A stretch of DNA of 64,000 bases, from assembly GCF_009914755.1 (NCBI RefSeq), contig NC_060925.1. One strand, written 5' to 3'. Positions within the stretch are counted from its first letter, which is position 1. Each line of letters begins with the position of its first letter. The position numbers and the translations under genes are program-made. The notes under the pieces were generated by a model, which had not been told where the DNA came from, searched no databases, and was given only the letters and a program-made list of their open reading frames with translations. This stretch comes from the human T2T-CHM13v2.0 reference genome, Homo sapiens. Below, one piece after another: positions 1 through 12,488 of this stretch.

Positions 1-406
1 GTTGAGTGTTACTGCCTGAGCCCCGCCTCTTATCAGATCACTAGTGGCATTAGATTCTCATAGGAGTGCAAACCCTATTATGAATTGCATATGTACATAA
101 TCTAGCTTGCACGCTTCTTATGAGAATCTAATGCCTGATGATCTGTTGCTGTCTCCCATCACCCCCAGATGGGACTGTCTAGTTGCAGGAAAATAAGCTC
201 AGGGTTCCCACTGATTCTACAGTATGGTGAGCTGTATAATTGTTTCATATCATTATTATTATTACAGTGTAATAATAATAGAAAGAAAGTGCACAATAAA
301 TGTAATGCGTTTGAATCATCCTGAATCCATCTCCCACGCCCACTCCAGTCTGTGAAAAAATTGTCTTCCATGAAACTGGTTCTGCCAAAAAGGTTGGGGA
401 TCGCTG
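1..406. mobile_element. MER1-type hAT-Charlie DNA transposon (truncated by window start)
   Basis: Internal palindrome attagattctcatagg...cttatgagaatctaat and terminal aaaaggttgggga-cgctg. Confidence 0.8.
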
Positions 407-1052
407 CCTTAAATTATGTAGATAAACGTAACAGATATTTGTGGTTATATCAGGGACTATTATAACATTTTTTCTGTATTAATCTAGATATTTAGCTAAA
501 GCTCAACATGCTTTACAGATTGATATGGCTAATGTTTCAATTGTTTGCTTCTTGCTACTGTAAGGTTTCTTAGAATTAGGGCTCTAGATCTTTTTTTTTT
601 TTTCCTTCTTTTAAATTAAGAGATGAGGTCCAAGCTGGTCTCAAACTCCTAACCCCTTCCCACCTTAGCCTCTCAAAGTGCTAGGATTACTGACATGAGC
701 CAGTGTGCCTGGCCAGGGATCCAGATCTAATACATGTTAAGATCATAGCTTTTAGAATGTTTAGTCATAGGTATTTAACTGTAGTTTCTTCCTTTGAACC
801 CCGAACTTCAAGGCGTTTAGTAACACTTTTAAGGTCTGTGTTCAGGTGGTTTTTGGTTTGACTGTAAATACTTTTTTCTGTTTAACATTTCTTAGTTCAA
901 ATCTAGGTCACAACCTGTCTGTACTCTTGTAGAGAATTTTATTTTTTAAATTTTATTTATTTATTTATTTTTCACAGTCTTGCTCTGTTGCCCAGGCTGG
1001 AGTGCAGTGGCACAATCTTGGCTCACTGGAGCCTCTGCCTCCCAGGTTCAAA

Positions 1053-1054
<2 letters not shown>

Positions 1055-1090
<36 letters not shown>
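1055..1090. repeat. (GT)18 microsatellite
   Basis: Perfect dinucleotide run abutting the KRT18 pseudogene poly(A). Confidence 0.95.
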
Positions 1091-1091
<1 letters not shown>

Positions 1092-1092
<1 letters not shown>

Positions 1093-2482
1093 TTTTTTTT
1101 TTTGACTTCCAGTGACCTTTGAACTTTTTATTGGCTTCCTGCTCCCCAAAGGGTACCCTGCTTCTGCTGGCTTAATTCTCAGAACTTTGGTGTCATTGGT
1201 CTCAGATACCACTTTGCCATCCACTATCTGGTGGATGGTCGTCTTTTGGATGGTTCGCATGGAGTTGCTGCTGTCCAGGGCATCACCAAGATTGAAGTCC
1301 TTGCCATCTTCCAGCAGGTGGTGGTAGGTGGCGATCTCAGCCTCTAGTTTGACCTTGATATTCAGCAGGGCCTCGTACTCACTCCTGGGCCTGGTGTTGC
1401 CCCTCTGCCCGGGTCTGTGCCAGCTCTGACTGCAGTTGCAGCAGGATCCCGTTTAGCTGCTCCATCTGCAGGAAGTAGAGGGCCTCCACCTCCCTCAGTC
1501 TGTTCTACAAACTGGCCTTCACATTTCTCACTGAGTCCAGGTCAATCTTTAAGGACTGGACTGTATGTCTCAGCTCTGTGAGCGTCATCTTAGCCTCTCC
1601 AGCCTCAGCAGACTGCGTGGTGACCACTGTGGTGCCCTCCTCAATCTGCTGAGACCAGTACTTGTCTAGCTCCTGTCGATTCTTTCAAGCCAGCTCATTG
1701 TATTGGGCCGAGATGTCTGCCATGATCTTGCTGTCCTGAGATTTGGGGGCATCTGCCTCCATGGTCAACCCAGAGCTGGCAATCTGGGCTTGTAGGCCTT
1801 TTACTTCCCCTTTATGGTTCTTCTTCATGAAGAACAGCTCTTCGTTGAGAGCCTCGATCTCTGGCTTCAGCTGCAGCCAAGTGACATTGATGTCATCATT
1901 GACCTTGTGGAGTCCGTGGATGTCACTCTCCACAGACTGGCACATGGCCAGCTCTGTCTCATACTTGACTCTAAAGTCATCAGTAGCAAGATGGGCATTG
2001 TCAATCTGCAGAACGATGTGGGCATTGTCCACAGTATTTAAGAAGATCTGAGCTCTCACGTCCTCGATGGTCTTGAAGTAATGGCCCCAGTCCCTGAGCT
2101 GGGGTCCCTTCTTCTCCAGGTGCTCCTGGATTTTGCTCTCCAGCTTCCGGTTCTCGGTTTCCAGGCTCTCACTCTGTCCAGGTAGGAGGCCAGGCATTGA
2201 GGCGTTGCATGGTCTCCTCATTCTGGATGCCTCCCATTCCTGCCAGCCCCTCGGCCATCCCTGCAGCCAGACCCCAAGCTGTCCCAGAAGCTGGTGGAGT
2301 GGGACATGGAGATCTGGGAACCAGAGCCCCCAGCACCTGGATAGACGCTGGCCAGGCGCCATAGCTGGCTGCCTTGACAGAGCTTAGGGACTGGTAGTTG
2401 GTGGATAAGGTGAAGCGAGTGGTAAAGCTCATGCTCTCTGGGGAGGAGAGTGAGAGGATAGGACTCAGGCTTTGCCGACGAC
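1092..2482 (-). pseudogene. Processed keratin-18 pseudogene (near full-length retrocopy; possibly the one annotated KRT18P57, number from memory)
   Basis: Intronless. ATG at 2432 (MSFTTR...), coil segment SLETENRKLESKIQEHLEKKGP..., tail DGKVVSETNDTKVLR. Frameshifts and stops present. AATAAA at 1132-1127 and poly(A) at 1103-1092. Confidence 0.96.
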
Positions 2483-3314
2483 CAGAATATTAGATATTAT
2501 CATTGCCTAATATCCCTTTCTTCTTTTGCTGTTGATAATCAAAACTTTATTACTGATTCTGACTTGATTTTTGAGGTTTGGTTCCCATAGAATTTTTAGC
2601 AGAGAGGTTAGTATTTAAAGGGATATTTAATACATTATTTCTTTTAGCTAGAATAAGCTAAAGGTGCAAAAGAATGAATGTTGTCTTAGGTTCCTAAGAC
2701 CTGGAAAACCGGTCTGAATGCTTTTATGCACTGGGTTAACCTTTATGCCATTCAGAATGTGAGACCAGTTTGGTCTGATTTTCATTCCTCTGTTAGGCTT
2801 AAAAAAGAATCACCACACTGTTCATTGATGTCATTAGGATTATTAGGAAAAATGTTTGTTATGAGTATGAAGACCCAGAGAACTCTTGTTTACACTTATT
2901 TTAATAGTGAAAACTTGGTTTTGATTTAGAATTCTTCTAACAATATATATAAGTAATATTTGTGGAGTGGTAGAGTGCTTTTTTTTTTTTTTTTTTTTTT
3001 TACATTTACTAAGTTTGTCTCATTTGATCTTCACAATTCTGTGAAAAAGGTAGGACAGATAGTGTCACTCCTACTTTTAAAGATAAGAAGTTTGGGCTTC
3101 AAAGAAATTCAGTGACTTGCCCTGAGATAAATAGCTAGTTATGTCTGCTATCTTTTGCATTAGTTTTCATTCTCCTATATCAAAGAGTTTCTATGCAGAA
3201 AGACTTCTATATGATTTACTTATAATTTCTAAAATATAAAATTCAAATTGTTGAATTTCCGGCTTTTCTGCATTTACCAGAAAAGTATGCCATTTAAAAA
3301 AATAGACCATTGAA

Positions 3315-3420
3315 AAAACATGGAATGCTTCATGAATTTGTGTGTCATTCTTATGCAGGGGCCATGTTAATCTTCCCTATATCATTCCAATTTCAGTATA
3401 TGTGCTGCCAAAGCAAGCAT
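3315..3420 (-). pseudogene. Full-length U6 snRNA pseudogene
   Basis: Reverse complement ATGCTTGCTTTGGCAGCACATATACTGAAATTGGAATGATATAGGGAAGATTAACATGGCCCCTGCATAAG...TTCCATGTTTT aligns end to end with U6. CpGs are decayed and the ACAGAGA box is mutated to ATAGGGA. Confidence 0.95.
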
Positions 3421-3655
3421 GACTTAATTTTTTTAGAGCAGTTTTAGGTTTACAATAAAACTGAGCAGATTTCTCGTATATCTTCTGCCCCCACACATGC
3501 ATAGTCTCCTTCATTATCAACAAATCCCCTACCAAATTGGTACATATGTTACAGCTGATGAATGTACATTGACACATACTTATTATGCAGAGTCCATAGT
3601 TTACCTTAGAGTTCACTTTTGGTTTTGTATATTCTATGGGTTTGGACAAATGTAA

Positions 3656-3983
<328 letters not shown>

Positions 3984-4356
3984 TTCACCTTATAGTTTCA
4001 TACAGATGGTTTTGCTGCCCTAAAAGTCTTCTGTGTTCCTGTCTTGTTTGTTTGCTTGTTTTGGCTATATATAAAGAGGAACAGATAGCAAGTTCTTCCA
4101 CATTGTATTACTGTAATTTTAATCTTATTTGTAGTTGTGGGATTTAGAAATACTTGATTCAGAAGTATGTCTTTAAGTTAATTGATTATAATTTTGACTC
4201 TTAAGGGCATTATGAAAAAGTCTTTTTCTGGTTCTTAACAAAATTCTTTCAAGTTAGCTAGTTTCAAAAAAGAAAAATGACTTTGTACTTTTAATAATCA
4301 CTTAAAAAACCAGTACCCTTTATATTGCATAATGCCTATGGGAGATATATATATAA

Positions 4357-4794
<438 letters not shown>

Positions 4795-4815
4795 CCAAAT
4801 ATATGTATTTTTTAA

Positions 4816-5143
<328 letters not shown>

Positions 5144-5289
5144 AGTTCAAGTATTTTTAGAACCTCTGTTCTTGTATTCATAGACCCTGTGCAAATCTCT
5201 ATGTGGAAATACAAAATAATCCTTACCTTGCATTCAGCAAAGTTGACGTTGACAGCAAAGGCAAGGCTAATTATGAAACAGTTAGAGGA

Positions 5290-5470
5290 GAGGTCACCAA
5301 ACTTTGGTCCAAGACCTGTTTTGTATGGCCCTCAAGCTAAGAATGGTTTTTACTTTTTAAAGAGTTTTTTTTTTTTAAATAAGAAAGAATAATATGTGAC
5401 ATAGGCCATATGTGGCTCACAAAGCATAAAACATTTACCATCTAGCTCTTCATAGATAAAGTTTGCTGAC
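5290..5470. mobile_element. MER58-type hAT MITE
   Basis: gctaagaatggtttttac...atatgtggctcacaaagc...aaagtttgctgac text. Confidence 0.65.
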
Positions 5471-5514
5471 TATGGATTAGAAGAATATATATCATATAAA
5501 ATATAAACAGAGAC

Positions 5515-6635
5515 CTTAGGGAAACGCAAATCAAAACCATAATGAGATATTATTTCATACACACTAGGAAGGCTGTAATTTAGGGGAAAAAAGGACAATA
5601 ACAAGTGTTGGCCAGGATGTAGAGAGATTGGAACTCTCATACATTGCTGATGAGAATGTAAAATGGTACAGCCACTGTGGAAAACAGTTTGGCAGTTCCT
5701 GAGAAAGTTAAACATATGCTAAAGAGATGCAATGAAAAAGAATAAATAAATAAAAATAAAAGAAAAATATAGAGTTATCTTACGACCCAGCAGTTTTGCT
5801 GCTAGGTATATACCCAAGAGAATTGGAAACGTATGTGTACACTAAAACTTGTGCAAGACTGTTCATTACAATAAACAAAAAGTGGAAAGAACCCAAATGT
5901 CCATCAACTGATAAATAAACAAAATGTGATATAGCCATACAATGGAATATGATTTAGCCATAAAAAGGAATGAAATACTGACACAACTTCAACATCGATG
6001 AACCTTGGAAGCATGCTAAGCACAAAAGCCAGACACAAAAGGCCACAAGTTGTATGATTCCATCTATGTGAAATGTATAGAAAAAGCAAATCTTTAGAGA
6101 CAGTAAGTAGATTAGTGGTTGCCAGAGACTGTAGGGAGGGCAAATGGGGAGTAACTGTTCATGGATATGTTTTTTTTTGGGAGGGGTGATGAAAATATTC
6201 AGAAATTAGATAGTGATGGTGGTTATAACAGCCTTGTGAATATAATTTTTAAATCCACTGAATTGTGTACTTGAAAATGGTGGGCCAGGCGCGGTGGCTC
6301 ACGCCTGTAATCCCAGCACTTTGGGAGGCTGAGGCGGGCGGATCACCTGAGGTTGGGAGTTTGAGACCAGCCTGATCAACATGGAGAAACCCCCGTCTCT
6401 ACTAAAAATACAAAAGATTAGCTGGGCGTGGTGGCACATGCCTGTAATCCCAGCTACGTGGGAGGCTGAGGCAGGAGAATCCTTGAACCGGGAAGGCGGA
6501 GGTTGCAGTGAGCCGAGATCACGCCATTGCACTCCAGCCTGGGCTACAAGAGCGAAACTCTGTCTCAAAAAAAAAAAAAAAAAAAAAAAAAAGGTGGATT
6601 TTACAGTGTATGAATTATATGTCAACAAAAGAAAA
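5515..6635 (+). mobile_element. L1MB-type 3' fragment split by an AluSp
   Basis: caaatcaaaaccataatgagata...cccaaatgtccatcaactgat...gaattatatgtcaacaaa. Confidence 0.75.
6283..6592 (+). mobile_element. AluSp-like
   Basis: aacatggagaaacccc and aagagcgaaactc diagnostic positions; A-tail. Confidence 0.9.
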
Positions 6636-8482
6636 TTTAACCAGAGATTAAGTAGTATAAAAGAGGTAATGAGAGGTCAGGGAGAGAAAAGAAGACTGTG
6701 GGCATGAATTAATGGATACAACTCTGAGGTTGGGGCTTGAAATGCACCTCAAAAGGCACAGAGGATTTGGATAGATAGAGGAAGTGGTTAAGGCATTACT
6801 TAGGAAGGGGTATAAACCAAGATATTATTTTGACATAAGAGAAGTGGCAAGATGTAAGTGGAAGAAAAGACAAGGCGAGTCTCTTGTTTTCATGGGGCTT
6901 CTAAACTGGCATATTAACTGATCTGGCCTGCTAAGGATAATGCTTTGCACAATTATTTTCATGGGATAAATTGCATATCCTTCTAGTCTCAGGCAAGAAG
7001 TTTTTATTCCAGCCAGAGAGCAAGAGCCTAAGGACTCTCCGCCATGGTATTCTTAACGAGTTACTGTAAGGATTTTAGTTCATTGCATATGCTTTGTGGA
7101 ATTTGCCATCTTTTTTATTTTTTTTAACCTATTTTAAATCATACAAAGTGTCTATCAGGTTTTGTTGTTACTTCAAACAAACCCCCCTCTTAATACTTTC
7201 TTGTTCTTGCCACTTCACACTTTCATGTATACTGTTTTATTTAATCCTTCCATCACACCTGAGTTAGGTGGTATCATTCCCATTTTAAAGATGAAAGAGG
7301 CCATATAATAGAGTGCTTAGGAGCCAGGATGGGAGCACTGGAGGCAGAATGCCTAGGTTCAAATCCTCGTTCTGCCATTTACTAATTGTTTTGTGAGTTT
7401 TGTTGAGTTATTGAACTTCTGTAGGTCGTATGTTTTCTCTTGTCCAAAGTGGTGATTATAATAATATTATAGAATTGTTTTAAATAAATTGACTAAAAGT
7501 AAAATTCTTAGAAACATGCTTGCACATAATAAGTCCTCAGTAAGTGTTAAACTGCTACTGTTGGTTATAGATCATGAGAACTGAGTAAGTTTAAGAAGTC
7601 CAGAGACTTCTACCTGATAAGTGGTAGAGCCAGTGATTAAATATAGGTGATCTGAATCTAAGTCCTACTTGCTAATTTATCTAGTTGCCTTTACCATATT
7701 TTATTATATGTTTATTTACTTATTGGACATAAAATTATTAGCCTTCTAAACTTTGATTTAAATGTGGACTGGCTGAATGCGGTGGCTCACGCCTGTAATC
7801 TCAGGACTTTGGAGGTTGAGGTGGGAGGGAATTGCTTGAGGCCAGGAGTTGGAGGCTGCACTAAGCTGTGATCGTGCCACTGCACTCCAGCGGTGACAGA
7901 GTGAGACCCTGTCTGAAAAAATAAATGTGGGCCAGACCATAGACCAAGTAGTTATAGCAAAAGAGAGTTTCTAAATTACTCACAACAGAACTTCCATTCT
8001 TAAACTAGTCTTTTGCTTTAATCCACTGGTACCCAATCCTTAGCAGTTATAAACCAAACTCATGAGCTATGAGGGGAAAATGACCACGGGAAACATAGAT
8101 TTAATGCAAAATAACTGAAAAAAAAGAAAAAAAAACAATGCAATAAAACAAAAAAAAAACAACAGAAATTAACTTGAGCGTGATAAACAGCTAAAAGCAA
8201 ACAATATCTGAGGGAAAACGGGATAATCAAAAAAAGTGGCTATTCTTAATAAATAGAACAGACTGCTTGATAGGAACAAACTTTTTTTAAAGATAAATGA
8301 AAAAGAATACGCATTCACAAAAGAAAAAAGCACATGACTGATAAATATTTGAAAACTTTAACCTCACTAATCGGAGAAACTTAGAGTAATAAAATTTTGA
8401 TAATACAGTTAACTAAATAGGAACATTTATGTTGAAACTGTGCTATTAGGGATATGGTGAAATGGGACCCACACATTCCTGA

Positions 8483-8874
<392 letters not shown>

Positions 8875-10020
8875 TAATCTCTGATTAATTAATGTTCCAT
8901 GTGAGAATATAAGACAAAGAAAAAAATGACAACTGGATAAAAGTGTATTATATAAATAAAGATTCATTGCAGCATTATCTGTAATAATAGAAAACACTTT
9001 GACATGCCCAGCAAGAAGGATAGTTAAATTACTGTACATTTATTGCAATATCTGTTAAAATAGTTATGAAAAACTTCAGTGACCTTGGAGGGAGATGAAG
9101 TAATATCGGCGGGGGTGGGGGTTGGTAGTAATAAAAAACAAGACTCAGAATTGCAACACCTTAACCTCTAATGTCAAGCAGTAAACCTAGTCTTGAGAAC
9201 AGTTCATTCTGGACAAATACTTACTGAGTTGCTCTTAAATGTTTGATTAATAAGTATCTACTATAAAAATAAATAAGGCAAAACCCTTTTTGAAACCACA
9301 TTCCCCTTTCCCTTGTAGTAGTGACCACCTGATTTTTCTATTCCTCCTTAAAGCAAACTCCTCAAAAAAATTGTCCATAATGCCATCTCCCAATTTCTTG
9401 CCTCCCAATCTTTCCTGAACCCAGTTGTGCTTTTGTCCTGGGTTATTACACTGAAATTGGTTTATCCAGTCTCCAGTGACCTCCAGTGGTCAAGTTCTCA
9501 GTCGCATCTTAATTTACATGTCAGCATTTGATAATTGATCAATTCCTCCTCTTTGAAATATTTTCTTCTCTTTATCCCAAGAAACTATATACATGGTTCC
9601 CCCCCGCCACTGCCTCACTCACTAGTTGCTCTTTCCTGACCTGCTTTGATGGCTTCTCTGCTCTGATTGTTTTTTTTTTGTTTTAGTTAATATGGAGAAT
9701 TGTGTTGTATTTTTTTATATTGTGGTAAAATACACATAACATACCATTGTAATTATTTTTAAGTATACAATTCAGTAAAATTAAGTACATTCACATTGTT
9801 GTGCAGACTTCACCACCATCTGTTTACAGAACTCTTTTCATTTTGTGTAACTGAAACTTGATTCCATTAAACAGTAATTCCCCATCCCCCTTCTCCGCCC
9901 CCAACAACCACCATTCTATTTTCTGTCTCTGAATTTTTTACTACAATAGGTACTTCATATAAGTGGATTAGGGATACCTATATGTCAAAATTGCAAACTT
10001 CTGTGCATCAAAGAACACAT

Positions 10021-10346
10021 CAAGGTTGAGCGTCCAAAATCCATATCCATAATCCAAAATCCAAAATCCATAACTTTTGAGTGCTGACATGACACCAGAA
10101 GTGGAACATTTTATATCTTTCCCCATGTGGGTTGCAGTCAAAATAGTAGTCAAAACTTTGTTTCATGCACAAAGTTGTTAAACATATTGTATAAAATTAC
10201 TTTCAGGCTGTGTATGAAGTGTTTATGAAACAGTTTAGACTTGGGTCCCATTCCCAATAGATCTCATTATGTATATACAGATATTCCAAAATCTGAAAAT
10301 ATTTGAAATCTGAAGCACTTCTGTTCCCAAAGGGATACTCAACCTG
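10021..10346. mobile_element. Tigger4/MER46-type TcMar relic
   Basis: TIRs aggttgag... and ...ggatactcaacctg followed by TA; aaaatcc subterminal repeats. Confidence 0.75.
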
Positions 10347-10991
10347 TAGTCCAATTTATCTATTTTTTTCTTTTGTTGCCTGTGCTTTTGGTGTTTATCT
10401 AAGCAATCATTGCCAAATCCATTGTCATGTATCTTTCCTCCTATGTTTTCTTCCAAGAATTTTATGGTTTTGCTCTCTCACATTTAGTCTTTGATCCATT
10501 TTGAGTTAATTTTTGTATATGGTGGGGCCCAACTCTTCATTCTTTTGCATGTGAATATCCAGTTTTTCTAGCACCATTTATTGAAAAGACCATCCTTTCC
10601 CAATTGAATGGTCTTGGCCTCATTTTCAAAAATCATTTGACCATATATGTGAGGGATTTATTTCTGGACTGTCTTATTTTATAAATTTTAATATGTTGTG
10701 TTTTCATTTTCATTCTGTTCAAAATACCAATTTATCCCTTTTGATTTCTTCTTTGAACTATGGATTATTTAGAAATATGTTGTTTAGTTTCTAAATATTT
10801 GGGGATTTTCTTGATCTTTCTGTTACTGGTTTCTAATTTAATTCTGTAGTAGTCAGAAAACATACCTTGTATGATTTAAATTTATTCAAATTTATTGAGA
10901 CTTACTTTATAATTTAGAATATGGTCTATCTTGGTAAATGTTTCGTGTACACTTGAAAATAATATATATTCTTTCATTGTTGGATAAAGTA

Positions 10992-11613
10992 CAGTCATAC
11001 ATCACTTAACAGGGATACGTTCGGAGAAATATATTATTAGGCAATTTGTTAAATTAATCTCTGAGTAGTTTCTTTTTAGATACTTTTGTAAGTGATTTTT
11101 TAAATTTTATTTTTCACTTCTTTGCCAATATATAGAAATACAGTCACACATCACTTAACAACATATCTCCTAGCTGTGATCACACCACTGCAGTCCAGCC
11201 TGGGCAACAGAGTGAGACCCTGTCTCTAAAATAATTAAGTAAATAAATAAAGTAAATCATTCAATTCAACCTTAGCTTATTGTAACTTTTTTACTTTATA
11301 AACTTTTTGACTCCTGTAATAACACTTAGCTTAAAACACAAACACATTGTTGTCTGTTAAAAAAAATTTCCTTTCTTTAGTTCCTTATTCTATAAACTTT
11401 TTTTCTATTTTTAAAATTTTTTACTTTTTAGACATTTTTGTTAAAAACTAAGACACAAACACACATATTCACCTAGGCCTACACTGGTTCAGGATCATTA
11501 AGATGTCACTAGGCAATAGGAATTTTTCAGCTCCATTGTAATCCTATGGGACCACCATCACATATGCGGTCTAAACAATGCGGATTAAAACAATGTCCTG
11601 CAGTACCTGGCTG
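10992..11613. mobile_element. Tigger3 (Golem)-type relic with internal insertions
   Basis: ta|cagtca...cacttaac...gggatacgtt start and ...gtacctggctg|ta end; sits within an old L1M. Confidence 0.75.
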
Positions 11614-12005
11614 TATTCTGTAAATGTTGATTAGATCCAATTGATTGATGGTGTTGTTTACTTCAGCTACGACCTTACTGATTTTCTGCCTGCCGGATCT
11701 GTCAGTTACTGACAAGGGTGTTGAGGGCTCCAGCTATAATAATGGATTCATCTGTTTCTCCTTGCAGTATCCATTTTTGCCTCATGTATTTTGACACTGT
11801 TGTTAGATGCATGCACATTAAGAATTGTTATGTCTTCTTGGAGAATTGATGCCTTTATCGTTATGTAATACTCTTCTTCATACCTGATAACTTCTCTTAC
11901 TCTGAAGCCTGCTTTGTCTCAGAATAATATAGCTACTGTTAACTTTCTTTTTATTAGTGTTAGCATGATATATTTTTCTTCATCTCTTTACTTTTAATCT
12001 CTGTA

Positions 12006-12318
12006 CAGTAGTCCCCACTTACCCATGGAGGATACATTTCAGTGTCCTCTGTGGATGCCTGAAACCGCGGATATAGTACCAAACCTTATATGTACTGTAT
12101 TTTTTCCTGTACATACCTATAATAAAGTTTAATTTATAAATTAGTCACAGTAAGAGACTGACAGCAATACCTAATAATAGAACAATTCTAACAATATACT
12201 TTATTAAAAGTTATGTGAAAGTAGTCTCTCTCTCTCAATATTGTAATATTTTTCAGATACCTGTTGACTGGGCCACTGAAATTGCAAAAAGCAAAACTAT
12301 GGATGGGGGGGTCTACTG
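12006..12318. mobile_element. MER2-family TcMar-Tigger MITE
   Basis: TA-flanked TIRs cagtagtccccc ... ggggggtctactg. Confidence 0.75.
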
Positions 12319-12398
12319 TATTTATATTTAAAGTGGGTTTCTTATAGACAACATATAGTTGGGTCTTGTTTCTTTAGTCCGTTGTGACAGTCTCTTTT

Positions 12399-12488
12399 TT
12401 TTTTTTTCTCTTATTATTATACCTTAAGTTTTAGGGTACATGTGCACATTGTGCAGGTTAGTTACATATGTATACCTATGCCATGCTG
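12399..12488 (-). mobile_element. Heavily 5'-truncated young L1 (L1PA2/L1Hs-like 3' end)
   Basis: ttttagggtacatgtgcacattgtgcaggttagttacatatg; perfect TSD GACAGTCTCTTTT at 12386 and 12489. Confidence 0.9.

Noticed and set aside
49-133. Long hairpin as a miRNA or ncRNA
   Set aside because: It is the internal palindrome of the MER1 element.
1685-2362. 225-aa ORF as a new keratin gene
   Set aside because: The N-terminus is out-of-frame sequence, there is a premature stop, and it is intronless with a poly(A): a processed pseudogene.
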